Shown: positions 27,727 to 37,867 of the stretch, one piece after another
Layout of the letters: every line of letters starts with the position of its first letter
Numbering within the stretch: position 1 is the stretch's first letter
IMG/VR virus record: IMGVR_UViG_3300017762_000005
Origin: a virus
Length of the DNA stretch: 59,466 nucleotides
Reading direction: 5' to 3' (one strand)
Made by a program: the position numbers and the translations under genes
Notes under the pieces: model-generated
Seen by the model: the letters and a program-made list of their open reading frames with translations, nothing else
The model's database searches: none
Told to the model about the DNA's origin: nothing

Positions 27727-28453
27727 AAAAAACAATAAATTTTTTATTACTGATTTAAAACTCGAAAAGAAATACCAATATAAAAAATATACAAGACAGG
27801 AGGAGGACGGTTCACGGACTTATAATATAGGTAACAAAAAGATACCAAGTGTTACGACTATATTATCTGCTACTCAATCTCCTGAAAAGAAAGCTGGATT
27901 AGATAAGTGGAGAGAAAGAGTTGGATACCAAGAGGCAGCTAGAATTACCTCACAGGCAGCTCTCAGAGGCACGGAGATGCACTATGTCCTTGAAAACTAC
28001 ATAGATGGTCGTGGCTACCTAAACCTATCTCCAGAGGGTGCACAAGCACGACTCATGGCTCACGAGATAGTAAACAATCTTGACCTATTGAAAGAGGTAT
28101 GGGGTAATGAAGTAAGTCTAGCATATGAAGATAGATGGGCAGGTGCAACAGACGTAGTTGGTCTTTATGATGATAAACCTACAATCATTGACTTTAAACA
28201 AAGTAATAAACCAAAGAGAGAAGAGTTTGTAGAAGACTATTACTATCAGATAGCTGCATATTCATTAGCACACAAAGAACAATATGGTCCTATAACACAA
28301 GGCCTTATATGTATTTGTACCAAAGATATATTATACCAAGAATTTAAAATGAATGAATCAAAGTTAAAAGAGTATGAAGATAAATGGTTAGAAAGAGTAG
28401 ATAGATATCACAAATCTAAAGCCACTTCTGAACCTGTTCCCCAAGAGTCTTAG
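27713..28453 (+). CDS. PD-(D/E)XK exonuclease (RecB/Cas4-like)
   Basis: 'IPSVTTIL', 'GTEMHYVLE', 'GATDVVGLY...IIDFKQS', 'YYQIAAYSLA'. Confidence 0.7.
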   Translation: MQLIKKNNKFFITDLKLEKKYQYKKYTRQEEDGSRTYNIGNKKIPSVTTILSATQSPEKKAGLDKWRERVGYQEAARITSQAALRGTEMHYVLENYIDGRGYLNLSPEGAQARLMAHEIVNNLDLLKEVWGNEVSLAYEDRWAGATDVVGLYDDKPTIIDFKQSNKPKREEFVEDYYYQIAAYSLAHKEQYGPITQGLICICTKDILYQEFKMNESKLKEYEDKWLERVDRYHKSKATSEPVPQES

Positions 28454-29822
28454 CAGATAATTCTATTTTGTTTTCAAGATTGTGTAATACCATTTGATCA
28501 ATAGTATCTCTACAGATTATATCAATATAAGTTACTTGCGACTTCTGACCTATTCTGTGAGCCCTATCTTCACTTTGTTGTCTGACTTCTAAATTATAAG
28601 AATTACTAAAATAAATTACATATTTAGCAGCAGTCAAAGTTAAACCATAACCACCTACTGTTGGATTACCAACTAAGAATCTACATTCATCTTTTGTTTG
28701 AAATTTTTCAACTGATTGGTTACGAGATTCAACTGAGTCTTTACCATATATTGAAACTACAGAATCAACCCCATAAGTTTCAGCTAATTTACTTTTAATA
28801 CTTTCAATGTTATGTACATAGTTAGCCCATATAATACACTTATCTTCACTCTCTTCTAAGATACTCATTAGTTCTTTAAGTTTGGCATTCGTTTTAAAAT
28901 CAACAATATTACCATCATTAGTTTTTACAAAACCATTTGCTACTTGTTGTAATTTAAGTAATTCAGTAAGCTTATTATTGTAAGATACTTCTTCATCTTT
29001 CATAATCATAAGTGCAGTAATTTTTAACTTTTCATAAGCTAGTCTTTGTTCTTCTGACATATCCACATATCTTTGTACGTACATCTTTTCTGGTAAATCT
29101 AAACAATCTTTTTTTCTAACACGGTAAGAAAAGTGTTTTAATTTATATTCTAATTCTTCAAGATTTACATAGTATTTAGGTATTTGAATATTGTATCCAC
29201 CTCTTTCAATACTATACATAACTGCATACTTAGATTTAAATACTGTAAAATTGTCATAACCTAATAAGGCTTTATCTAAAAAAGCACATTGAGAGAATAA
29301 ATCTAATGGAGATTTAGTAATAGGAGATCCAGTTAGTATTCTTTTATATCTAGCTAATTGACCTAATTTAATAATAGCTTTAGATCTTGATGCTTTTAAA
29401 TTTTTAATTGAAGTACTTTCATCTAATATAATCATGCTTCTCATACCATGTTTAAGTAGTTTATATTCTAACCATTTCTTACCTGATGCATGAGATAATG
29501 CTTCAACATTCATTAAAATAAATGTAAGTTTTTTAGGATCTAGCTTAAACGTTTTATCTTTAGTTACTTTCCAAATATAGATATTTGTTTCTTCTGGACA
29601 ATGAACATCAATTTCTTTTTTCCAATTTTGATATACAGAATTAGGTGCAATAACAAATACAAAATTAATTCTTTGATCTTGAAATAAATAAGCTGCATTG
29701 TCTATAGCAACTTTAGTTTTACCAGTTCCCATTTCCATAAAGTAAGCAAAGTTGTATGGTTTTGCCCCTTCAATTAATGATTGTCTTTGATGCTTAAAGG
29801 GTTCTGTTTTGTATTTATACAT
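28416..29822 (-). CDS. SNF2-family (SF2) helicase / DNA-dependent ATPase
   Basis: 'MGTGKTK', 'ILDESTSIKN', 'LTGSPITKSPLDLFSQ', 'QSEDRAHRIGQ'. ATG at 29822; the ORF track extends to a TTG at 29852. Confidence 0.85.
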   Translation of the reverse strand: MYKYKTEPFKHQRQSLIEGAKPYNFAYFMEMGTGKTKVAIDNAAYLFQDQRINFVFVIAPNSVYQNWKKEIDVHCPEETNIYIWKVTKDKTFKLDPKKLTFILMNVEALSHASGKKWLEYKLLKHGMRSMIILDESTSIKNLKASRSKAIIKLGQLARYKRILTGSPITKSPLDLFSQCAFLDKALLGYDNFTVFKSKYAVMYSIERGGYNIQIPKYYVNLEELEYKLKHFSYRVRKKDCLDLPEKMYVQRYVDMSEEQRLAYEKLKITALMIMKDEEVSYNNKLTELLKLQQVANGFVKTNDGNIVDFKTNAKLKELMSILEESEDKCIIWANYVHNIESIKSKLAETYGVDSVVSIYGKDSVESRNQSVEKFQTKDECRFLVGNPTVGGYGLTLTAAKYVIYFSNSYNLEVRQQSEDRAHRIGQKSQVTYIDIICRDTIDQMVLHNLENKIELSAKTLGEQVQKWL

Positions 29823-29853
29823 TGTAAAATTATTTAAATTATTTGTTTGCAAT

Positions 29854-29877
29854 AATCAATCAAATAATATATTGATT
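29854..29877. promoter_or_regulatory. Palindrome in the divergent intergenic region (operator candidate)
   Basis: AATCAAT-N10-ATTGATT between the - strand helicase and the + strand replication genes. Confidence 0.35.
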
Positions 29878-29894
29878 CGCACAAGGAGGTTCTT

Positions 29895-30440
29895 ATGGAC
29901 TTAGAAGCAGAATCTATCGTATCGATAGATACTGGCATGTCACAAGACATTGCCGAATCTTGCAATAAGTTATTGGAAACTCAGAAACAAATATCAACGG
30001 CTGAAGAACAACTTAAAAAGTTGAAGGAAGTTGAGTCAACTCTTTCTGAGCAGACAATTCCAAACTTAATGCAACAAGCTGGTGTATCAATGATTAAACT
30101 CTCAGATGGGTCATCTGTTGAAGTAAAACCATTTTACTCAGCTAGAATACCAGCTTCAAAGAGTGAAGAAGCTTTTCATTGGTTAAGAGAAAACGGACAC
30201 GGTGACTTGATTAAAAATCAAGTATCATTAGAGTTCGGAATGAAACAAGACAATGAAGCCAAATCACTTGTAGAAGAGTTGAAACAAAAGGGCTTAGCAG
30301 TACAGCAAAAAACATCCGTACATCCAAGCAGTCTAAGAGGATTTGTTAGAGAACAAATTCAGGACCTAGGAAAAGATGTACCCGCTGAATTGTTTGGAAC
30401 CTATGTTGCAAATAAAACTAAAATAACCACGAAGGAGTAA
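29895..30440 (+). CDS. Replication/recombination-module protein, function unknown
   Basis: 181 aa with aaggagg RBS and an N-terminal coiled coil. Confidence 0.55.
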   Translation: MDLEAESIVSIDTGMSQDIAESCNKLLETQKQISTAEEQLKKLKEVESTLSEQTIPNLMQQAGVSMIKLSDGSSVEVKPFYSARIPASKSEEAFHWLRENGHGDLIKNQVSLEFGMKQDNEAKSLVEELKQKGLAVQQKTSVHPSSLRGFVREQIQDLGKDVPAELFGTYVANKTKITTKE

Positions 30441-30443
30441 ACA

Positions 30444-31271
30444 ATGCCACAAGAGCAAACGAAACCTCAAGCTAAAGAGGTAATAAAAAAAGCAAGTAAC
30501 CTACCAACTCAAATAAATTTAGAAGAGATGGCAGGACAAGGTCAAGAGTATGTTACAGCTCGTGATCAAAAACTACCAATCCTAAAAATACTTTATGCTA
30601 ACTCACCAGTCTTAGACGAGACGGATGGTAAGTATGTCGAGACTGCTAAGCAAGGAGACATATGGAGTGAAACATCTGGTAAGGTATGGAAAGGTAGACA
30701 AGGCCTAATCGTAGTACCTTGTCTTTACATAAATACTTTTAATGAATGGAAAGACAAAGGAGACAGTCCAGGAAGACCAGTAGCAATTCATACTGATCCA
30801 TCTATTATGTCACAAACAAATAGAGGTGCTGATAATAAAGATAGATTACCAAACGGTAATTATATTGAAGACACTGGTAATCACTTTGTTTATATTTTGG
30901 ATGAAAATTATAATCCATTAGAACAAGCATTGATTACTATGAAGTCTACTCAAAAGAAAAAATCTAAGACATGGAATTCCATGATTATGTCTAGAAGAGC
31001 ACAAGGTAAGAATGGTATGTTCAATCCACCATCATGGTCTACTGCTTATAAATTAAGCACGACTAAAGAGTCTAATTCACAAAACTCTTGGTATGGATGG
31101 GTTGTAGAGTTTGATAAATTCTTAAACGCAACTGAGAATTTAAAAGCTTTAGAAACTACTCAAACTTTTTATCAAAGTGCGATGAAGAGTGATATTTTTG
31201 GTAAGGTAGATTTTGCACAAGAAAATCAATCCCAAGGAAATAATAGCAGCAAAGAAGCTACTCCATTTTAA
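30444..31271 (+). CDS. Replication/recombination-module protein (possible ssDNA-binding or annealing protein)
   Basis: 275-aa ORF. The functional guess comes from position only. Confidence 0.35.
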   Translation: MPQEQTKPQAKEVIKKASNLPTQINLEEMAGQGQEYVTARDQKLPILKILYANSPVLDETDGKYVETAKQGDIWSETSGKVWKGRQGLIVVPCLYINTFNEWKDKGDSPGRPVAIHTDPSIMSQTNRGADNKDRLPNGNYIEDTGNHFVYILDENYNPLEQALITMKSTQKKKSKTWNSMIMSRRAQGKNGMFNPPSWSTAYKLSTTKESNSQNSWYGWVVEFDKFLNATENLKALETTQTFYQSAMKSDIFGKVDFAQENQSQGNNSSKEATPF

Positions 31272-31274
31272 ATT

Positions 31275-32825
31275 ATGGAACAGGAGCTCTTAAAAATATT
31301 TGAGGGTAATTCTGAACTGTTCATTACTACCTCTCTAACTGGAGAGGTAGATGAACGGGGTAAGAAACAAGTAAAGGTACTCACGGTTCACGAACCTATT
31401 ACTCTTGAGTTATGGAAAAAACATTTAGAAGGTAAAACACGAATTGGTATTAAACCAGAGAATGGTGATGTATGTAAATGGGGATGCATAGATATTGATC
31501 CTAGAAACTACACAACATTTTCTGAAAAAAAAATTGTAGATATAATTAGAGATAATCAACTACCCCTTATTCCAACAAGATCAAAATCTGGTGGTTTACA
31601 CTTATTTTTATTTTTAAACGATTGGTCTCCAGTAAAAGAAGTTCTTAAAGTTTTAAACGATTGGAACAAAACTTTTTTCTATTCTGAAGAAGTTTTCCCA
31701 ATGAACAAATGTTTAAACATGCCTTATTTTAATAAGGATCAAACTACAGAGTTTGCATACAATGATAACAATACACCAGTATTAATAAATAATTTTTTAG
31801 AAATGATAGCTAAAAAAACTGTAACTTTAGAACAATTACAAAATATTAAAATAAAAGAATATGAACCAGAAAGTGATTGGAAACACTATCCCCCTTGTGT
31901 TCAAAAAATGATTTCAGAAAAGTGGGAGGGTAACCATAGAAATGAATTGCTTTTTAATGTTGGTGTTTTAGAAATGAAGAAAGCAGACGGTAATTTAAAT
32001 GCTAATGAATTAATTAATATTCTTCATAAAAGAAACCAAGATATATTTACTTCTCCCTTAGATCATAAGGAAGTAGAAACTTTAGCAAAATCAATTTCTA
32101 AAAAAGATTATACTTATAAGTGTCCACCAAAAACAAATGCAATAGCACCATTATGTAACAAAGATCTTTGTAAACTTAGAAAGCTTGGTATTGGTTCACA
32201 AGTACCAGACATGATAGATGATTTTGCAGATGTACAATTTATAAGATCAACTAAATCAATCGAATATACTTTCACATTTCAAGATGAAAAAATAATAATT
32301 AATCCAGAAGATATGAAAGATGAAAAATCTTTTAGAGTTAAACTTCTTAGATATGGTATCTATTGGATGACATTACCCAAACCTAAGTCGGGACCATCTC
32401 CATTTGAAATGCTTATGGCTACATTAGTTAGAAAAGCAGTGGAGAATGAGAAGATGAAATTTGAAGATACGTTAGGTGAGGAGAAATATAACTTCCTTAA
32501 AAAATTCTTTGAAAGTCATATTGAAGAAGACGATTTTGAAAAGCTGCAAGATAATTATGTTATTTTAGATTCTAAAACAAATACTTGTTATTTTAAAAAA
32601 ATTACTTTTGAAAAATTTTTAGGTAATGATAAAACATTTAAAAGTGCAACTGAAGCACTTAACTTACTCGGTTGTAATAGATTGGATTATCATGAGGGTG
32701 TAAAGAATGTGTGGTCAGTCGAAATGCCTAAGTTTGTAGATTATAAAAAGGCAACTAAAAAAGAAGATACAAAAAAAGTAACAGAGATGGATGATGAATA
32801 CCACACAGGAAAGTTTAGAACTTAA
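31275..32825 (+). CDS. DNA primase, archaeo-eukaryotic (AEP / prim-pol) type
   Basis: 'WGCIDIDP' (DxD) and 'SKSGGLHLFLF' (sGxGxH) motifs. Confidence 0.6.
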   Translation: MEQELLKIFEGNSELFITTSLTGEVDERGKKQVKVLTVHEPITLELWKKHLEGKTRIGIKPENGDVCKWGCIDIDPRNYTTFSEKKIVDIIRDNQLPLIPTRSKSGGLHLFLFLNDWSPVKEVLKVLNDWNKTFFYSEEVFPMNKCLNMPYFNKDQTTEFAYNDNNTPVLINNFLEMIAKKTVTLEQLQNIKIKEYEPESDWKHYPPCVQKMISEKWEGNHRNELLFNVGVLEMKKADGNLNANELINILHKRNQDIFTSPLDHKEVETLAKSISKKDYTYKCPPKTNAIAPLCNKDLCKLRKLGIGSQVPDMIDDFADVQFIRSTKSIEYTFTFQDEKIIINPEDMKDEKSFRVKLLRYGIYWMTLPKPKSGPSPFEMLMATLVRKAVENEKMKFEDTLGEEKYNFLKKFFESHIEEDDFEKLQDNYVILDSKTNTCYFKKITFEKFLGNDKTFKSATEALNLLGCNRLDYHEGVKNVWSVEMPKFVDYKKATKKEDTKKVTEMDDEYHTGKFRT

Positions 32826-34437
32826 ATTTTTAAAAGAACTTTACCATAAAACAGTAAAGATCTTTGGTCCTCCCGGTACAGGTAAGACTTATACTTTAAT
32901 AGAAAAAGTATTAAAAAGTTATTTAAGAAAAGGTATAAGGCCACAAGAAATAGCTTACTTATCTTTTACCAATAAAGCTGTTAACACAGCTGTTAGAAGA
33001 GCAATGGAATCTTTTCCTAACTACACTACTGATGACTTCGCAAGATTTAAAACATTACATACTTACTGTAGAAGATATTTTCCAGAAGAAGTATTTGACC
33101 CAAAAGATTGCACAATAGATTTTGCACTTCAAACTAAAGTAATTAAGAGTAGTGACAAAAGATTAGCCGATGATAATTTTATGTATAAGGATTGGTCATT
33201 AGGTGTTTATAGTAAATCTAGAAATTTATTAATTACACCAGAAGAAGCTTATAGAAGAGAGACATATAAGAGAGATTCTCTTACTGTTTTTTTAAGAAAG
33301 ATAAGCACTTATGAACATTATAAAACTGGTGGAGGAGAAAGATCATTTATAGATTTTGATGATATGATTGAAAGAGCTATAACTGAAATAGATTTTCCCT
33401 CATTAAAAGTTTTAATTTTAGATGAAGCTCAAGATTGTACTCCTTTACAATGGTCGGTTATTTATAAGATGGCACCTAAAGTAAAAAGAATTTACTTAGC
33501 TGGGGATGACGATCAAGCTATATATAAATGGAATGGAGCTGATCCAAAATATTTTACAAAATTCTTTCCAGGTAGAAAAGTAAAGCTTAGGAAGACACAA
33601 AGATTTGGAGAAGCAATTCATAGATTCTCACAAGTTATTAGAAGAGGTATAAGTGATAGTGAAGAAAAAGAATACTTACCAGGAGACACAAAAGGTTTTG
33701 TTAAAGCTTACTTATCTTTTAAGGAAATACCTTTTGAAAATTTTAAAGAAGATTGGTACATCCTTGGCCGTATTAATGAAACTGTTAATGAGTTAAGAAT
33801 GTTAGCTAAGGATGCTGGTCTCTATTATAAAGATAATAAAGGAACAAAATGTTTTGATCAGAAACAATGGGAATCTATTAAAGCTTGGACTGCATTAACA
33901 AATGGAAAAAAAATAGATAAGAAAGCAGCTCGTAATATGTATAAGAATATTAGAGAACTAGAAGACCCTAATTATAGATTAGATAAGTTTTGGAGAAATG
34001 AACCTGATATGAGAGAGTATGATTTTCAAACTTTAAAAGAATGGTGTGGTTTAACACTAGAGGATAGCCAAAAGAATAAGCCTTGGTTTTGGATATTAAG
34101 AAGAAATTTTAAACCAAAACAAGTAAGACATTTTATTAGACTACTTAGGAGATATGGACAAAAAGAATTAGACAAAGATCCATTAATAACTATTGATACA
34201 ATTCATAGTGTTAAAGGTGGGGAAGCAAATCATGTAGTGCTTTACAGTAAGGGTAATTATCCGTCTGATTATAGAAATAAAAATAAAAAAGAAAAAAGTG
34301 ATGAAAAGAAAGTTTGGTATACTGGTGCAACTAGAGCAAGAAAAACTTTACATTTGTTAAGAAGTGATTATAAGTTTAATTATCCAATTGGCTCTGATTA
34401 TTTAATATATGTTCAAGAAAAAAATAATGAAAAATAA
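32791..34437 (+). CDS. SF1 DNA helicase (UvrD/PcrA-like)
   Basis: 'GPPGTGKT', 'ILDEAQD', 'LAGDDDQAIY', 'TIHSVKGGEA', 'YTGATRAR'. Confidence 0.8.
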   Translation: MMNTTQESLELKFLKELYHKTVKIFGPPGTGKTYTLIEKVLKSYLRKGIRPQEIAYLSFTNKAVNTAVRRAMESFPNYTTDDFARFKTLHTYCRRYFPEEVFDPKDCTIDFALQTKVIKSSDKRLADDNFMYKDWSLGVYSKSRNLLITPEEAYRRETYKRDSLTVFLRKISTYEHYKTGGGERSFIDFDDMIERAITEIDFPSLKVLILDEAQDCTPLQWSVIYKMAPKVKRIYLAGDDDQAIYKWNGADPKYFTKFFPGRKVKLRKTQRFGEAIHRFSQVIRRGISDSEEKEYLPGDTKGFVKAYLSFKEIPFENFKEDWYILGRINETVNELRMLAKDAGLYYKDNKGTKCFDQKQWESIKAWTALTNGKKIDKKAARNMYKNIRELEDPNYRLDKFWRNEPDMREYDFQTLKEWCGLTLEDSQKNKPWFWILRRNFKPKQVRHFIRLLRRYGQKELDKDPLITIDTIHSVKGGEANHVVLYSKGNYPSDYRNKNKKEKSDEKKVWYTGATRARKTLHLLRSDYKFNYPIGSDYLIYVQEKNNEK

Positions 34438-34975
34438 ATTAGAAGATTATATACACATTGAAAATAAATTATCAAAAGAAGTTTGTTCTGAATTAATTTC
34501 TAATATCACCAATGAAACTTGGGATAAACATTACTGGCATCACAATGAAAAAAAACAATTAATCGAACCAGATAAAAATGATTTAGATATTCTTTTTTCT
34601 AACCCATATCAAAGAGATTTACTAATAGATCCTATAACTGAAGTGTTAGTTAATTATCAAAAAATACATTCAAACTCTATATTTGTGCACAAACTTTCTA
34701 CAATAAGGTTTAATAAATATACTGAGAATACTGAAATGAAAGAACACTATGATTTAATAAGTAGTATTTTTAGTAACAGTGAGGGTGTACCAATAATATC
34801 TATTATAGGAAACTTAAATGAAAATTATGAAGGTGGAGATTTTTATTTGAATAAAAACAAAATTAGTTTAAGGTGTGGGGATATAATGCTATTTCCTTCT
34901 ACCTTTCTATATCCACATAAAGTAACTAAAGTAAGAAAGGGGACTAGGTATTCTTTTGTTACCTGGGCATATTAA
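34409..34975 (+). CDS. 2OG-Fe(II) oxygenase, P4H-like
   Basis: 'KEHYD' (HxD), 'NYEGGDFYL', 'LYPHKVTKV', 'GTRYSFVTW'. Confidence 0.75.
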   Translation: MFKKKIMKNKLEDYIHIENKLSKEVCSELISNITNETWDKHYWHHNEKKQLIEPDKNDLDILFSNPYQRDLLIDPITEVLVNYQKIHSNSIFVHKLSTIRFNKYTENTEMKEHYDLISSIFSNSEGVPIISIIGNLNENYEGGDFYLNKNKISLRCGDIMLFPSTFLYPHKVTKVRKGTRYSFVTWAY

Positions 34976-34976
34976 T

Positions 34977-35240
34977 ATGACAAATAAAGATCTTTTTGAT
35001 GAAAACTTTCCTAATGATAAACAAATTGGAGGATCTCACTATAAGCAGTTTGTCATTCAACCTTGGACATTTATAAGAAAGAACAATCTTAATCCACTAC
35101 AAGCTAATATTATTAAATATGTATGTAGGTATTTATCTAAGGGTAAACCATTAGAGGATTTAGAAAAGATAAAACATTATTGTGATTTAGAAATTAAGCA
35201 TCTTAAAGATCGTAAAGATGAAGGTAAGAAAAAAAATTAG
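34977..35240 (+). CDS. DUF3310-family protein
   Basis: 'GGSHYKQ..IQPWTFI...NIIKYVCRY'. ATG lies 1 nt after the upstream stop; the ORF track start is 34956. Confidence 0.6.
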   Translation: MTNKDLFDENFPNDKQIGGSHYKQFVIQPWTFIRKNNLNPLQANIIKYVCRYLSKGKPLEDLEKIKHYCDLEIKHLKDRKDEGKKKN

Positions 35241-35834
35241 ATGAGTGAAATATGTAGTTTTAATATTCCTGATGAAATCTATAATGTGCTTAATAAAATT
35301 ATAAAAGACAAATCAAAAAAATATAATTCAAGATTAGCTGGGAATATAAAAGAAGAATATAATTTACAAGAACATATCCCTTATGTAAAAAAATTTATAG
35401 AGACAATTGCTGATAATAACTTTAAATGGATGAAAAATTTTCCTTTATCTTCAAACAAAAACAAGTGTTTAGTTTTAAAAGAATTATGGGTTAACTACCA
35501 AAAGAAATTAGAGTTTAATCCTTTACATTGTCACGATGGAATTTTGAGTTTTATATTATTTATTAAAATTCCTTATAACATTGAAGATGAATTAAAGGCA
35601 GCTCCCGGTATTGATTCAGTAAAAAATTTAGCAGGTCATTTACAATTTGTTTGTCCTAATAAAGGTTTCTTTAGATCACTAGAAACAAAATCTATCCCAG
35701 TAGATAAAAAATTTGAAAAGAAAGGTTTGATGTTTCCTGCTCTATTGTATCACACAGTTTACCCTTTTTATAAAAATGAAGATTTAAGAATAACAATTTC
35801 TGGAAATTTATTTTTAGATGACAAAACAAATTAA
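35241..35834 (+). CDS. Putative 2OG-Fe(II) oxygenase (TIGR02466-like)
   Basis: 'NPLHCHDGILSFILFIKIP' and 'LMFPALLYHTVYP...RITISGNL'. Confidence 0.6.
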   Translation: MSEICSFNIPDEIYNVLNKIIKDKSKKYNSRLAGNIKEEYNLQEHIPYVKKFIETIADNNFKWMKNFPLSSNKNKCLVLKELWVNYQKKLEFNPLHCHDGILSFILFIKIPYNIEDELKAAPGIDSVKNLAGHLQFVCPNKGFFRSLETKSIPVDKKFEKKGLMFPALLYHTVYPFYKNEDLRITISGNLFLDDKTN

Positions 35835-35985
35835 ATGCAGTAAATGTAAAAAAGATGCAGTTGTATATGAAAATAAAATTTATTATTGTGGTCCTTGTGC
35901 TGTCATTAAGTTTGTTAGGTTGTATAAGAGACTTAGATTTAAACCCAGCAACAACAGTAGTCAGAACACTGTTAAAAGGATCTAA
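35818..35985 (+). CDS. Zinc-ribbon micro-protein (55 aa)
   Basis: 'CSKC...CGPC'. Overlaps the upstream gene by 17 nt and ends 3 nt before the polymerase ATG. Confidence 0.45.
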   Translation: MTKQIKCSKCKKDAVVYENKIYYCGPCAVIKFVRLYKRLRFKPSNNSSQNTVKRI

Positions 35986-35988
35986 TCA

Positions 35989-37863
35989 ATGAGTAATGCT
36001 TTACAATTAACTTTGACATTTAAAAAATCTATTTGGAATACTCCATCTGAATATAAGGATTTATCTAATGCAACTGAGATAGCTATTGACTTAGAAACTA
36101 GAGATGATGGTATTAATGAGAAACTTGGAGCTGGTTGGGCTTTAGGTAAAGGAGAAATTGTAGGGTTTGCAGTAGCCGTTGATGGATGGCAAGGATATTT
36201 TCCTTTTGGTCATTTAGGTGGTGGTAACATGATACCAGAACAAGTTAAAGCATACATGAAAAAAATTTGTAGTTTACCTTGTACTAAAGTATTTCATAAT
36301 GCTCAGTACGATGTGGGTTGGCTAGAAGCATCTGGAATCACGGTCAACGGACCAATAGTGGATACGATGATAGCCGCAGCATTGATAGATGAAAATAGAT
36401 TTTCCTATTCTTTAAATGCATTATCAGTTGATTATCTTGGTGAGATTAAAGCTGAAACAGAATTAAGAGAAGCTGCAGCAGCACATGGTATAGATCCTAA
36501 AGCAGAGATGTGGAAGCTACCTGCTGAACATGTTGGTTATTATGCAGAGCAAGATGCAGTTCTTACACTTAAATTATGGCAAAGATTTAAACAAGAAATA
36601 TCTACCCAAAGTTTATCAACAGTGTGGGAACTTGAACAACAATTAATTCCTGTGTTAATAAAGATGAGGCAAAAAGGTGTGAGAGTGCAAGTGGAAAAAG
36701 CTGAATCATTAAAAAAAGAAATGATGATCCAAGAAAAAGAAATATTGGTGGCCATAAAAAAAGAATCAGGAATAGAAGTAGACATCTGGGCATCACGCCA
36801 GATCGCCAAAGCTTTTGACAAACTGAAGTTAGAATATCCAAGAACTGAAAAAACAAAAGAGCCTTCCTTTACACAAAATTGGTTAAGTAATAATAAAAAT
36901 AAAATAGCACAATTAGTTGTACATGCAAGAGAAGTAAATAAATTTCATAGTACTTTTTTATCTTCTATATTAAGATACCAAGTTAAGGGTCGGATCCATG
37001 GAGAGATTCAACAACTTAGATCAGATCTTGGAGGGACTGTATCTGGTAGACTTTCAATGAGTAACCCAAATTTACAACAAGTACCAGCTAGAAACAAAGA
37101 CTTTGGCCCTAAAATTCGTAGTTTATTTATACCAGAGGAAGGGTATCAATGGGGTAGTTTTGATTATTCACAACAAGAACCACGAATGACGGTTCATTAT
37201 GCAGCGTCTATTGGAGATGGTTATGAAGGATCGAATGAATTAGTAGAGGCTTATAAAGAATCTAGTGCAGACTTTCATCAGACAATAGCTGATCTAGTGG
37301 GTATTGAAAGAACACAAGCAAAGACTATTGGACTAGGTATTATGTATGGAATGGGTAAAAATAAATTAGCCTTATCTCTAGGAGTTACAAAGGATGAAGC
37401 AGATGAATTGATTACAAAATATAATAAGAAGGTACCTTTCATCAGAAAACTTTCTGATAGATGTAAATTAGCAGCAGATGAAAAAGGTGTGATTAGAACT
37501 AAAAAAGGAAGAAAGTGTAGATTTGATAAATGGGAAACAAGAGACTTTGGATTACACCAAGCCGAAACATTTGATAATGCGGTAGCAAAATATGGTAAGG
37601 ATAATATTAAGAGAGCCTATACATACAAAGCTTTAAACAGATTAATTCAAGGGTCTTCAGCTGATCAAACAAAACAATCAATGTTAGATTGCTATAATGC
37701 TGGCCACTTACCAATGTTACAGATACATGATGAACTTTGTTTTAATATTAAGGATGATAATCATGCTAAAGAAATAAAATCAATAATGGAAAAATCAATT
37801 GAATTTAAAGTTCCTTCAGTAGTTGATGTTGGACTTGGAAAGAGTTGGGGAGATGCAAAATAG
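35989..37863 (+). CDS. DNA polymerase, family A, with 3'-5' exonuclease domain
   Basis: Exo 'IAIDLETRD' and 'HNAQYDVGWL'. Pol 'SGRLSMSNPNLQQVP', 'DYSQQEPR', 'RTQAKTIGLGIMYGMG', 'QIHDEL'. Confidence 0.92.
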   Translation: MSNALQLTLTFKKSIWNTPSEYKDLSNATEIAIDLETRDDGINEKLGAGWALGKGEIVGFAVAVDGWQGYFPFGHLGGGNMIPEQVKAYMKKICSLPCTKVFHNAQYDVGWLEASGITVNGPIVDTMIAAALIDENRFSYSLNALSVDYLGEIKAETELREAAAAHGIDPKAEMWKLPAEHVGYYAEQDAVLTLKLWQRFKQEISTQSLSTVWELEQQLIPVLIKMRQKGVRVQVEKAESLKKEMMIQEKEILVAIKKESGIEVDIWASRQIAKAFDKLKLEYPRTEKTKEPSFTQNWLSNNKNKIAQLVVHAREVNKFHSTFLSSILRYQVKGRIHGEIQQLRSDLGGTVSGRLSMSNPNLQQVPARNKDFGPKIRSLFIPEEGYQWGSFDYSQQEPRMTVHYAASIGDGYEGSNELVEAYKESSADFHQTIADLVGIERTQAKTIGLGIMYGMGKNKLALSLGVTKDEADELITKYNKKVPFIRKLSDRCKLAADEKGVIRTKKGRKCRFDKWETRDFGLHQAETFDNAVAKYGKDNIKRAYTYKALNRLIQGSSADQTKQSMLDCYNAGHLPMLQIHDELCFNIKDDNHAKEIKSIMEKSIEFKVPSVVDVGLGKSWGDAK

Positions 37864-37867
37864 AAAT

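Noticed and set aside
36540-36856. Antisense ORFs inside the DNA polymerase gene
   Set aside because: The polymerase motifs on the + strand are unambiguous, and the antisense products have no features.
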